Of a DNA stretch of 64,000 nt, positions 50,249 to 59,800 are shown one piece after another (position 1 is the first letter of the stretch; each line of letters begins with the position of its first letter). Origin of the DNA: Bryobacterales bacterium (GTDB taxonomy: Bacteria; Acidobacteriota; Terriglobia; Bryobacterales; Bryobacteraceae); assembly GCA_003167495.1 (NCBI GenBank), contig PMSX01000224.1:20216-84215 (forward strand), read 5' to 3'. The notes beneath the pieces were generated by a model. The model saw only the letters and a program-made list of their open reading frames with translations. It did not search any database and had not been told where the DNA came from. The position numbers and the translations under genes were made by a program.

Positions 50249-50277
50249 TTGCAACTTAGTCGCTAGGCTGTTATTCT
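50249..50277 (+). promoter_or_regulatory. candidate sigma-70-type promoter for the NRPS-like gene, preceded by a T10 run
   Basis: TTGCAA-17 nt-TATTCT, about 40 nt upstream of ATG 50317 (RBS aggagga). The run tttttttttt at 50241..50250 is immediately upstream and overlapping, and could act as an UP element. Confidence 0.4.
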
Positions 50278-50316
50278 GATGTCACTGGGGCCACGGGCTA
50301 TAGGAGGATAGGCCGC

Positions 50317-52950
50317 ATGTCTAGATGTATCGCCGCGGAGGCAAAGCCAAAGGTAGTTTGTTTACCTCAATTAATTCAAGACCGCACCTCTGTTCAACCG
50401 GAAGCGACGGCGGTTCTCACGAGGAGCAGACGGCTCACTTACCGTGAGCTGGACGAAGCGGCAAACGGTTTCGCAGGCTTGCTGCTGGAGGCTGGCGTGT
50501 GGCCCGAAACGGTTGTCGGCGTTTTCATGAACCGCTCTCCCGAGTCGCTGGCAGCGCTGCTCGGGATCTGGAAAGTAGGCGCCGCCTACCTGGCGCTCGA
50601 TCCCATTTCTCCGCTGGAGCGAGTCGCTTTTGTATTGCAGAACTCGGGGGCTTCGCTAGTTATCGCAGAGAAGAGGCTCGCTTCAATTCTCCCGGCGCAT
50701 TCGACGCAGGTACTCTATGCGGACGATGTCGTCTCCCGGCAACTCCCGGATTTGGTGTATCCGGAGATTGCCATTTCAGCCGATAGCCTGGCTTACGTGC
50801 TTTATACATCCGGTAGTACGGGTAAGCCGAAGGGAGTGGAAATATGCCATGGCGGCCTGGTGAACGTCGTCACTGCGATAGCGGAGGAACTGCAGCTATT
50901 GCCCGGAGAAGTGTTGCTTGCTCACTCATCCTTAGGATTCGATATCTCGAATCTTGAGATGTATATGCCGCTTATCTCCGGCGGCGCCCTGTATATCGCG
51001 GAGGGTGGGCGCGCCGGCGATGGGGCACGATTGATCGGCGCGCTCCGTGAATCCCGGGCGACAACCATGTTGGGAACCTCGACACTTTGGCGTCTGCTTC
51101 TCGATGCTGGATGGGAAGGAAGGCCGGATCTCCGAGCCATCTCCGGTGGCGAAGTCCTCCCGCTGGAACTGGCAAAGGCCCTCTGCCAGCGGAGCGCCGC
51201 GGTTTGGAATCATTACGGTCCCACGGAAGCTACGATTTGCGCGACTACCGCACGGATTGATTCGACAACCGATAAGATAACGATCGGCCGGCCGATCTCC
51301 AACGTCACGGTTCAGATCCTTGATTCGAAGCTTCAGCCTGTGGTGGCGGGGACTGCCGGCGAGCTTTGCATTGGGGGCGTCGGCGTGGCGCGTGGCTACC
51401 GTAACCGCCTCGACCTCACCGCCGCCAGTTTCCTCAGTGACCCTTTGAGTTTCGAACCTGTCAGTTCTGGACCTGTCAGCTCGAAACCTGGAGCGCGCTT
51501 TTACAAGACGGGTGATTTGGCTCGCTGCCTTCCGGATGGCCGTCTCGAATTTCTAGGGCGCGTTGACAATCAGGTCAAGATTCATGGGTACCGCATTGAG
51601 CTCGAAGAGATCGAAGCGCATATCCGTCAGTTTCCAGGAGTGAGCGCCGTTATTGTGGCAGCTCTTGAACAGGGGCAGGCTGACCGGCGCCTGATAGCTT
51701 GGTTCGAATCGAAGCAAGCAATACCCCAAGCCCTTATTAGAGAGTTCTTGCGAAAGCGCTTGCCCCCTTATATGGTTCCCGCCGAATTCCGGCATTTGGA
51801 TGCAATGCCGTTGAATGAGAGCGGCAAGGTCGATCGGAAGTCACTCGAGACGGGTATCTTGGGAACCGCAGCGCAGCCAGAAGCCGTTACCGAGCCTGAA
51901 AACGATGCGGAATCGCGACTCAGATCAATATGGGAAGACCTTCTCCAGACCAAGCCCATTATGCTGACCGATAGCTTCTTCGATCTAGGCGGAGATTCGT
52001 TGCTTGCGGCCCTACTTGTCACCCAAATTGGAAGGCGCTTCGACCGCAAGCTTACCGCCGACGCTCTGTTTGAGTGCCCTACCATCAAAAGCTTGGCGGC
52101 TCGAATTACGCTTGAAGAGAAAAGTGGAGCGCGTTGCGCTCTAGTGCCATTGCGCAAAACAGGGTCGCGGCCGCCTTTGTTCGTTGTGCCCGGGCTTGCT
52201 GGAAGCTGTTTGCTTTATCGCTCGTTATCCGCGCTCCTGGGGGAGGATCAGCCCGTCTACTGTGTGAAGCTGCCGTCGGGAGCAGTTAGCGATAGAGACG
52301 AGATAGAAATCAAGGCGCTTGCCGCAAGGTGTATCGGTGAAATTCGACTCCTCTTTCCGACTGGACCCTATCACCTTGGCGGTCATTCGCTTGGCGCGCT
52401 GATTGCCTTTGAGATGGCGGCGCAATTGGCTCAAATGGGTGAACAGCCCGGACTTTTGGCCTTGCTCGATAGTGATCGGAATTTAGCCAAGCCCGGTGAT
52501 CCAGCGCGCGCAGACTGGGCTGCGCCGGCCCTCGCGCTGCGCCGCAGCAAAGCAAAGCTCAAATCTCTCGCTGAAAAGGGAGTTAGAGAAGTGTTTCGAC
52601 GGAGGCTGGACCACATACGATTGCACAAGCGTGTAAGGCTTGCGGAGAGGGCGGTTGAGGGTGAGTTTTCTAAAGGAAACTTCGCAGCGGAAGAAATGCT
52701 TGTGCTGGCAGCGTACGCCTACAAGCCACTTCCCTACCGGGGCAGCGCCGTATTGTTTCGCGCGAAGGAAGAGGTCAGAAACGAAGCTGACGGTGACCTT
52801 GGATGGGCCGATATTGTTAGCGGAGGACTGGAAATAGTTGACATTCCCGGCGGGCACCTGACGGCTTTTGACGAACCCAACGTTGCAACTCTGGCGGTGG
52901 AACTCAAGCAGCGGTTGAGTTCTGTTTTCAGCCCGGCTATGACCGTGTGA
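50317..52950 (+). CDS. stand-alone NRPS-like enzyme: adenylation, thiolation (PCP) and thioesterase domains, with no condensation domain
   Basis: 877-aa ORF. A-domain cores are LAYVLYTSGSTGKPKGV, NHYGPTE, GELCIGGVGVARGY, YKTGDLAR, GRVDNQVKIHGYRIELEEIE and the A10 sequence ..NESGKVDRK. The PCP site is FFDLGGDSLLA. The TE has GHSLGALIAFEMA. Confidence 0.9.
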   Translation: MSRCIAAEAKPKVVCLPQLIQDRTSVQPEATAVLTRSRRLTYRELDEAANGFAGLLLEAGVWPETVVGVFMNRSPESLAALLGIWKVGAAYLALDPISPLERVAFVLQNSGASLVIAEKRLASILPAHSTQVLYADDVVSRQLPDLVYPEIAISADSLAYVLYTSGSTGKPKGVEICHGGLVNVVTAIAEELQLLPGEVLLAHSSLGFDISNLEMYMPLISGGALYIAEGGRAGDGARLIGALRESRATTMLGTSTLWRLLLDAGWEGRPDLRAISGGEVLPLELAKALCQRSAAVWNHYGPTEATICATTARIDSTTDKITIGRPISNVTVQILDSKLQPVVAGTAGELCIGGVGVARGYRNRLDLTAASFLSDPLSFEPVSSGPVSSKPGARFYKTGDLARCLPDGRLEFLGRVDNQVKIHGYRIELEEIEAHIRQFPGVSAVIVAALEQGQADRRLIAWFESKQAIPQALIREFLRKRLPPYMVPAEFRHLDAMPLNESGKVDRKSLETGILGTAAQPEAVTEPENDAESRLRSIWEDLLQTKPIMLTDSFFDLGGDSLLAALLVTQIGRRFDRKLTADALFECPTIKSLAARITLEEKSGARCALVPLRKTGSRPPLFVVPGLAGSCLLYRSLSALLGEDQPVYCVKLPSGAVSDRDEIEIKALAARCIGEIRLLFPTGPYHLGGHSLGALIAFEMAAQLAQMGEQPGLLALLDSDRNLAKPGDPARADWAAPALALRRSKAKLKSLAEKGVREVFRRRLDHIRLHKRVRLAERAVEGEFSKGNFAAEEMLVLAAYAYKPLPYRGSAVLFRAKEEVRNEADGDLGWADIVSGGLEIVDIPGGHLTAFDEPNVATLAVELKQRLSSVFSPAMTV

Positions 52951-52987
52951 GCGCGTGCTTTTGCGTTCAACCCGGCGCTAAAGCCGC

Positions 52988-53374
52988 CTACGGCCGCACG
53001 ATGTTTATATTCCCTTTGAAGTATGCGCCATCTTCGATGGCAATGCGCGCCGTCGTCAGGTCGCCGGTAATCGCGCCGGTCTTCTGCAATTCAATTACCT
53101 CTGTGGCCTTGATGTTTCCATCCACGTTTCCCACAATCACAACCTTCTTAGCCTCAAGATTGGCGACCACCTTGGCATTCGGACCCACTGTCACGGTTGA
53201 GTTGACGGCTTCCACTTTGCCTTCCACTTCGCCATTCAAGTAGACATCGCCGCGGCTAATAATGGTGCCGCGAATCGAGATTTTGGCTCCGACCGCAAGT
53301 GGGCTCGAAGCATCACGATCGGGAGTAACGGCGGCAGGTGCCGGCGCCGGACGAGGTGCTGAACTAGTCGACAT
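52988..53374 (-). CDS. bactofilin-family cytoskeletal protein
   Basis: 128-aa ORF with a Pro/Ala-rich N-terminal tail. The beta-helix repeats read ..ISIRGTIISRGDVYLNGEVEGKVEAVNSTVTVGPNAKVVANLEAKKVVIVGNVDGNIKATEVIELQKTGAITGDLTTARIAIEDGAYFKGNI.. Confidence 0.88.
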   Translation of the reverse strand: MSTSSAPRPAPAPAAVTPDRDASSPLAVGAKISIRGTIISRGDVYLNGEVEGKVEAVNSTVTVGPNAKVVANLEAKKVVIVGNVDGNIKATEVIELQKTGAITGDLTTARIAIEDGAYFKGNINIVRP

Positions 53375-53594
53375 TACGATCTATAGTACACCCTTCGCCC
53401 TTCACGGCATACAATTCCGCACCTTTTTCTGGGGAATTCGTCACCGGAGCCGCATTCCGCCCGAGCCAACCCGCCCAGGGTGGCTCTTTCGACTGCCCAC
53501 CGTCAATAATTAGTCGTTCGCTCTCTCCAAGCCCCAAAAAAGTCTCGATATTTCACCGCTATCTGAATGGCCGCGAAAATGCCCACACAAAGGC

Positions 53595-53870
53595 ATGAAC
53601 ACCTCTTCCCTCAGCTATCTTCAATCCACTCTTGCGAACCAACTGACAAGCAACAGTCTGAACAGTTCTTCTTCGCAGACATCCAAGAACAAGCAGCCTT
53701 CCGTTTTCGCCCAAATGTTGAGCGATGCCACGGCAAACAGCTCCGCCGCCGGCAGCACTGCCACCACGGGAAACGCTGCCCAGCTGCTGAATCAACTTGT
53801 TTCTAATTTCCAAGTGAGCGGAATCCAGAACCAAGGCCAATCGCTCGACCCAACGGCGATCTCAGCATAG
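53595..53870 (+). CDS. small Ser/Asn/Gln/Thr-rich low-complexity protein, function unknown
   Basis: 91-aa ORF after aaagg, divergent from the bactofilin gene. The sequence is MNTSSLSYLQSTLANQLTSNSLNSSSSQTSKNKQPSVFAQMLSD... I recognise no domain. Coding status rests only on ORF length and the RBS. Confidence 0.4.
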   Translation: MNTSSLSYLQSTLANQLTSNSLNSSSSQTSKNKQPSVFAQMLSDATANSSAAGSTATTGNAAQLLNQLVSNFQVSGIQNQGQSLDPTAISA

Positions 53871-53995
53871 TTCGCCCGGCGCGTCAGGAAGTTGACTCAA
53901 AACATCGTCGTCCAAGGCGACCACGCAGATTTCCACTGTAACCGTGTACGCTACCGAATCGTCTCCACCACTTAAGCGGTCACGGGCAGTACAAC

Positions 53996-54265
53996 ATGAT
54001 AAGACCAGGCGCAAAAAACACCCAATTCATCTTCAGTTCTCGATCGATGATTAGTGAGGTTTGCAAAACCCGCACAGACTTACTAGATCGCTTGGCTTCC
54101 GCCGTCGAAAGTCTGGGCCGCGCCAAGCTGTCTTTAGAAACTGGATCGCCCGAAAGCGCTTCCATTCACGAAGAATCCCTTCGAAATCGGGTAGACGCAC
54201 TTCGCCTTGAATGCGGCATGATCCGGCATGAACTGGAATTTCATCGCATCACTCACGGCTGTTAA
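53996..54265 (+). CDS. hypothetical small helical protein
   Basis: 89-aa ORF (alternative start ATG 54047, MISEVCKTRTDLLDRL..). It has heptad-like helical sequence and no clear RBS. Confidence 0.3.
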   Translation: MIRPGAKNTQFIFSSRSMISEVCKTRTDLLDRLASAVESLGRAKLSLETGSPESASIHEESLRNRVDALRLECGMIRHELEFHRITHGC

Positions 54266-54338
54266 TAGAATCGTCTCAGATCGCCCCGGGCAGCGGCCTC
54301 TCAACGCGACTCCGAAATAATCTGGCATCCTATAAATT

Positions 54339-54539
54339 ATGAAAGCAGATCGTGTTGAAGTGTCCCGTGATGAAAAAGGCAAGCGTTGGCTGATTCGTAT
54401 CCAAGTGGGGGAGGAAGTGATTCGCCGCTCTTGCACCGAGCCAAAAAATGCCGATCAGGATACCCTCCGCCGTGCCGCCACTAAAACGGCGCAGGACGAA
54501 GGCTACACTGTAGACCCGCCGAGCATTGTTTTCTCGTAA
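54339..54539 (+). CDS. hypothetical small protein
   Basis: 66-aa ORF: MKADRVEVSRDEKGKRWLIRIQVGEEVIRRSCTEPKNADQDTLRRAATKTAQDEGYTV... The composition looks globular. No RBS or domain recognised. Confidence 0.35.
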   Translation: MKADRVEVSRDEKGKRWLIRIQVGEEVIRRSCTEPKNADQDTLRRAATKTAQDEGYTVDPPSIVFS

Positions 54540-54562
54540 TCGCCGCGGACAGTGCCACGGAA

Positions 54563-55615
54563 CTAAGATCCAGCCGCCGCCGAGGCGTAATACCCTTTGC
54601 GCGCCCGAACCCTCACGTTTGGCATATCTACTGTAACTTTCAAACTCCGATATGTCTTGTCTTTGGGATTATCGGAAACAAAAAAGAGCAGGTATTGGCT
54701 CGTTACTTCACCCACGATATCGGCGACGCCTCTGTTGAGCTGCGCCTCCACGACATCGGCGTACCCACCTCCGCCCACCCCAATCGCATAATTCCCACTT
54801 TCGGACAACGCTGGGTGCGATAAATAACCATCGGTATCGCGGTACACATCTCCCAACGGATAAACCACGCGTCCTCCGGTTTCGATAGCTAGCTTGCGCA
54901 GCGCTTCATCGCCTTGACTCGTGAAACCGAACGCTTGTGTGCTAATGCCGTAAATCGTCACCAAATTGCGTTGCGCCACCTGTATAGTCTGGGCGAGCGA
55001 ATGTCCGCTTGCGTCATCGTGACCATCGCCAATGATGATCAAGATACGGCGCGGCTCGATGGGTTCGCCCTTCATCAGCTTGTGGTTGCCGCATGCCAAA
55101 AAGATCGCATCGAACAGCGCCGCTCCGCCGCCCGGCTGCAGCTTGCCGACTTTATCTACCAGCGCGTCGGCATCAGACGTCGTATTCACCGCCACTTCCG
55201 CCTCGCGCGCGTAGTCGATCAAATAGCCGCTATATTTCGGATCGCCCGTGAGCAAATGTTGGATCAATTCCGTAGCCGCGTTCTGGAAGTTCTCCCAATG
55301 AACGCGGCTTGATGTCGATAGATCCAGCAGAAATCCAATCACCACTGGCTGGTTCCGGTCGCGCGTGAACGTGCGAATTTCCTGAAGCCGATTCTCTTCG
55401 TAGATTTGAAAATCCTTCCTCTCGAGATTTGAGACAAAGCGGCCCTGTCCGTCCGTGACTGTCACCGGCACAATCACTTCGTTGACGCTAAGGCGGAACG
55501 TTGAGTTGTCAGCCGCTTGCTTGGGCGCCTGCTCTTGGGCCCTGCACACGCACAAGCCAAGCAGGGACATCGTAGTTGAGCGCAATAACATGTTTAGTAT
55601 CCGATTCAGCGTCAT
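54563..55615 (-). CDS. exported von Willebrand factor A domain protein (acidobacterial VWFA-related, TIGR03436-like)
   Basis: I prefer ATG 55615, which overlaps the upstream stop (ATGA) and gives signal peptide MTLNRILNMLLRSTTMSLLGLCVCRAQ. It has the family N-terminal FRLSVNEVIVPVTVTDGQGRFVSNLERKDFQIYEE and the MIDAS-like sequence LLDLSTSS. Confidence 0.82.
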   Translation of the reverse strand: MTLNRILNMLLRSTTMSLLGLCVCRAQEQAPKQAADNSTFRLSVNEVIVPVTVTDGQGRFVSNLERKDFQIYEENRLQEIRTFTRDRNQPVVIGFLLDLSTSSRVHWENFQNAATELIQHLLTGDPKYSGYLIDYAREAEVAVNTTSDADALVDKVGKLQPGGGAALFDAIFLACGNHKLMKGEPIEPRRILIIIGDGHDDASGHSLAQTIQVAQRNLVTIYGISTQAFGFTSQGDEALRKLAIETGGRVVYPLGDVYRDTDGYLSHPALSESGNYAIGVGGGGYADVVEAQLNRGVADIVGEVTSQYLLFFVSDNPKDKTYRSLKVTVDMPNVRVRARKGYYASAAAGS

Positions 55616-56553
55616 GGGCCGTCTTCCTTGCGGCTGGAAAAATAAGCCTTCACTCGGTTGTGCAATTCCTGCTTGTCGCTGGCCCATCGCCAACAACCAC
55701 CGGCATCGGCTGCAATATCCGTCTTTGGATCGAAATCGAACTCCCGTAACGTCTCGTATCTTTCGAGATACTGGCGATCCGATAAATTGCCATGCCACAA
55801 ATGAAAAACCGATCCGTGCGTGTAAGCGACGTCGCCCGCTATGCTGCCGTGAAACTTGTTAGTCCAACCGGCCAGGTCGTCAACTTGATGGTGCGACAGG
55901 CAGACAGCCGCATTCGGGTTTTTGAGTGAACGCGCATCGCAATACATGGCTAGCATAGTGATGAAATCGCCGCCGCCCAGGATGAATTTGTCATAGAGGC
56001 CGCCATTCCCGATTAGGTCCCTACGGGCGGCCCACGCGAATCCTGGATGAACCCAATCTGGACGAAACATCAAATCCGCCGCGCGCTCCCCGGAATGCCG
56101 TATCGCGTAAGCCACGCCGGGCATGCGGTGAAGCTTTGCGGCATATTCGGCGCAGGTTTGCCATTCGGTTTCTCCTCTATTGGGCAGCCAATGCGCAAGT
56201 TGATAAGGCTGTACGATTTTGTGTTCGTCAAGGAGCCGCGACGTTTGCTCCACCCACGAATTGTTTTGGAACAAAATGTCCGCATCCAGCCAAACCACTT
56301 TGTCGCAGCTGGGCGGGAGCGAATCAATGCCTAAGTTCAACAATCTCTCTTTTTGCCAGAGAACGCAGTCCGATCGCAACCGCAAAATCTTGTCCGCAAA
56401 TCCTTCAGGCACAGCGAACGCGTTGTCCGGAAACGCTAACTCCACAATGAGCAGTTTCAGCCCCTGCTCGCGAACGCGCCTCGCGAACGTATCCAAATTC
56501 CGCAGCTTCGTAGCGTAATTGGCCGGATTGAAATAGGCCGCCACACCCCACAT
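55612..56553 (-). CDS. putative GT-A-like nucleotide-sugar transferase (DxD 'DAD'), cytoplasmic
   Basis: The ORF runs 55612..56646. I prefer ATG 56553 (MWGVAAYFNPANY..) because the track start is TTG. It has ..VVWLDADILF.. and no signal peptide. The functional call is weak. Confidence 0.45.
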   Translation of the reverse strand: MWGVAAYFNPANYATKLRNLDTFARRVREQGLKLLIVELAFPDNAFAVPEGFADKILRLRSDCVLWQKERLLNLGIDSLPPSCDKVVWLDADILFQNNSWVEQTSRLLDEHKIVQPYQLAHWLPNRGETEWQTCAEYAAKLHRMPGVAYAIRHSGERAADLMFRPDWVHPGFAWAARRDLIGNGGLYDKFILGGGDFITMLAMYCDARSLKNPNAAVCLSHHQVDDLAGWTNKFHGSIAGDVAYTHGSVFHLWHGNLSDRQYLERYETLREFDFDPKTDIAADAGGCWRWASDKQELHNRVKAYFSSRKEDGP

Positions 56554-56843
56554 AAATATTGTTGCGGCACAATCCCGATGCGCCTGAGCGTTGTTCCTCG
56601 TCCTACAACAGAGTGGTCGGCAGTTTTTCCGGTTGTCAGAGAACAAACCGGACTAAGTATTTGTCCGCGTACTGATCGTTACATTACCGTCTTTATCTTA
56701 GATCGTGTTGTTCAGTACTGGTCCCGAAAGGCAAAAAGGGCAACTCTTCTAGTGGTTTCATGTTGTAAAACGAGCGTGAAATAGTATAACCTATGTAACG
56801 AGTTGTGTCCCGAAAATGGGATTAGCCTAGGGAGGGCTGAGCG

Positions 56844-59800
56844 ATGAGTTTATTCAAAAGGGTCTTTACTCTTGTAGCCGCTGTGCTGGCAATCTCTGTC
56901 ATTGCCTGCGCACAAGAGGGTTCCATTACTGGATCGGTGCGCGATTCCTCCGGCGCCGTTGTTCCAACCGCTACCGTTCACGTAACCAGCATTGAGCAGG
57001 GCTGGGTCCGCACTGTTCAAACGAACTCCACGGGCGATTATCTGGTTTCCGCCCTGCCCGCTGGTAGCTACAACATTCAAGTGGAAGCCACCGGGTTTGA
57101 GCGTTATGAGGTGAAAGGGTTGATCTTGCGCGTTTCGGAAAAGTCTCGTGCGGATGCCGTTCTTAAGGTTGGCCAAATTAGCACCGAAATTTCCGTGGCC
57201 GGCACCTTGGTTTCGCAGGTGCAAACCGAAACCTCCGAGTTATCGGGTGTTGTCACCACCAAGCAGATCGATCAGCTCGTCTTGAATGGCCGGAACTTCA
57301 CCCAATTGATCACCTTAATCCCGGGCGTCAGCAATCAAACCGGCCAAGACGAAGGCACCGTTGGCGTGTACGGCAGCGTCGCATTCAGCGTGAATGGCGG
57401 GCGCACTGAATACAACAACTGGGAACTGGACGGCGGCGACAACATGGATAACGGCAGCAACAGCACGCTGAATACATATCCCAACGTCGACGCCATCGCC
57501 GAGGTGAAGGTTCTTACTTCTAACTACGGCGCACAGTTTGGCAGAAATGGTTCCGCTACGGTGGAGACCATAACGAAATCCGGCGGCCACGATTTCCATG
57601 GCGATCTGTTCGAGTTTGTGCGCAACGAAGACTTCAACGCGCGCAACTTCTTTGCCGACACGCGGCCCATCTACCGTAAAAACGATTACGGTTTCACTAT
57701 TGGCGGACCGGTGGTGATCCCTCATCTCTATAACAGCAGCCGCCAAAAAACGTTTTTCTTCTTTTCTGAAGATTGGCGCAAAGAACTGGTTCCCGGCCAA
57801 GTGTTCAATCAACAGGTGCCTTCCGCAGCCGAGCGGAGTGGCAATTTTTCGGCGGATTGCCCCGGTGCCGGAAGTATCCCGACCACAGCTAACCTGGCGA
57901 CTTTTCCGAATTGTCCAACCATGCCCAATCCAAGCGGCGGCGCACTAAGTTATTTCCCCGGCAACCAGGTCCCGGTGAGTCCGCAAGCCCAGACTCTCAT
58001 GACGCTGCTCCCCGTCGCTAATACCGGCAGCGGCTTTTTCAACGCTTCGCCGGCGCAGCAAACCAATTGGCGCGAAGAACTGGGCCGGATCGATCACAAC
58101 ATTACCGACAAAGAGCGTTTTTTCTTCCGCATTATTCACGATTCCTGGAGCACTGAAACAGCCACGCCGCTGTGGGGCACCGGTAGTTTCCCCACGGTGG
58201 GGACCAACTTTGTCGGTCCCGGCGTAAGCATGGTGGCCAACCTCACCTCGACCGTTTCTCCCACAATGGTGAACGAGTTCATGTTCAGCTACACCACAGA
58301 TCATATCTTTCTGACGGCGGTGGGCAATTGGGAGCGCCCCAGCAGCTTCGACATGCCCGGCATTTTCAACAACGGTTTCCGGGGAATTCTGCCAAACGTT
58401 ACCATCCAGGGCACGCCCGAATTCGGCGGCGGTTTCTCCATGGGAACAGGTTATTTTCCTTGGAACAACGCCAATCCTACCTACACCTACAAAGACAACC
58501 TCACCAAAATCATTGGTAGCCACAACCTCTTGATCGGCGCTTACTTCGCAGCTGCGCAGAAGAACGAAGATAGCAGCGGCGACGCGCAAGGCAGCCTGAC
58601 GTTCGGGCCACCAAGCAACTACACGACCGGCAATGGATTCGCCGATTTCCTGATCGGCAGCATCGCGTCGTTCGATCAAACAAACTCGGTAAACAAATAC
58701 TACAACCGCTACAAAATTGTCGAGCCCTATATTCAGGACGATTGGCACGTCAACAAAAAGCTGACTCTGAACCTGGGGTTGCGGGTCAGCCTGTTTGGAA
58801 CCTATCGCGAAAAATATCACCAAGCCTATAACTGGGAGGCCAGCGCTTTCAATCCGGCTACCGCGCCTGTGTATGGCGCCACCGGCCTAATCAGCGGCAA
58901 TCCGTTCGACGGTATCGTTCAGTGCGGTGTAAACGGCGTCCCTGCGGGTTGTCTGGCCGGCCACCTCTTCAATCCGGCGCCGCGCGTAGGCTTTGCCTAC
59001 TCGCCCGACGATGGCAAGACTTCTATTCGCGGCGGCTACGGTATCTTCTTTGAACACACCAACGGCAACGAAGGTAACACAGAATCGCTCGAAGGCAGCG
59101 CTCCTCTTGTGCAGGACATTACTCAGTTCAACCTTCCAAGCTATACCAGCATCACGTCCAGCACCACTGTCTCGGGGCCGCTTAACGTAACGGCTATTCC
59201 TACCAAAGCCATCTGGCCCTATGTCCAACAATGGAACTTCAGCCTTCAGCGAGATCTCCCAACGCATACCCTTCTCACACTCGCCTACGCGGGTAGTAAA
59301 GGCAGCCATCTCACAGATCAGCGCGACATCAATCAGTTGTTTCCGACCCCGGCCTCGCTGAATCCTTACGCGCCCGGCCAAGTGATTAGCGCCAACGACT
59401 GCAATACTTTCACCGTAAATGGCAACGCTGTCACTGGTGGCGTATTGCAAAATCTGAACGTAGCTTGCGGTAATTCGGCGGATCCCTACCGTCCCTATCA
59501 AGGGTTCGGTACCATCACCAACCTGGAAGACCAAGCCAACTCCAGTTACAACTCTCTTCAGGTCTCCGGCCGCCGCACCGTCGGGCGTTTGACTATGAGT
59601 CTGGCTTACACTTGGAGCCACTCCATTGACGATTCCTCCGATCGCTACGACGGCAACTTCGTCAATTCGTACGATCTCGCCGGCACACGGGCCAGTTCCA
59701 ATTTTGACCAGCGCCAGTTGCTCAACGTCAGTTACGTCTATGATCTGCCGTTGTTCGCGAAAAGGGGTTTTGTGCACACCGCACTCGGTGGTTGGCAAAT

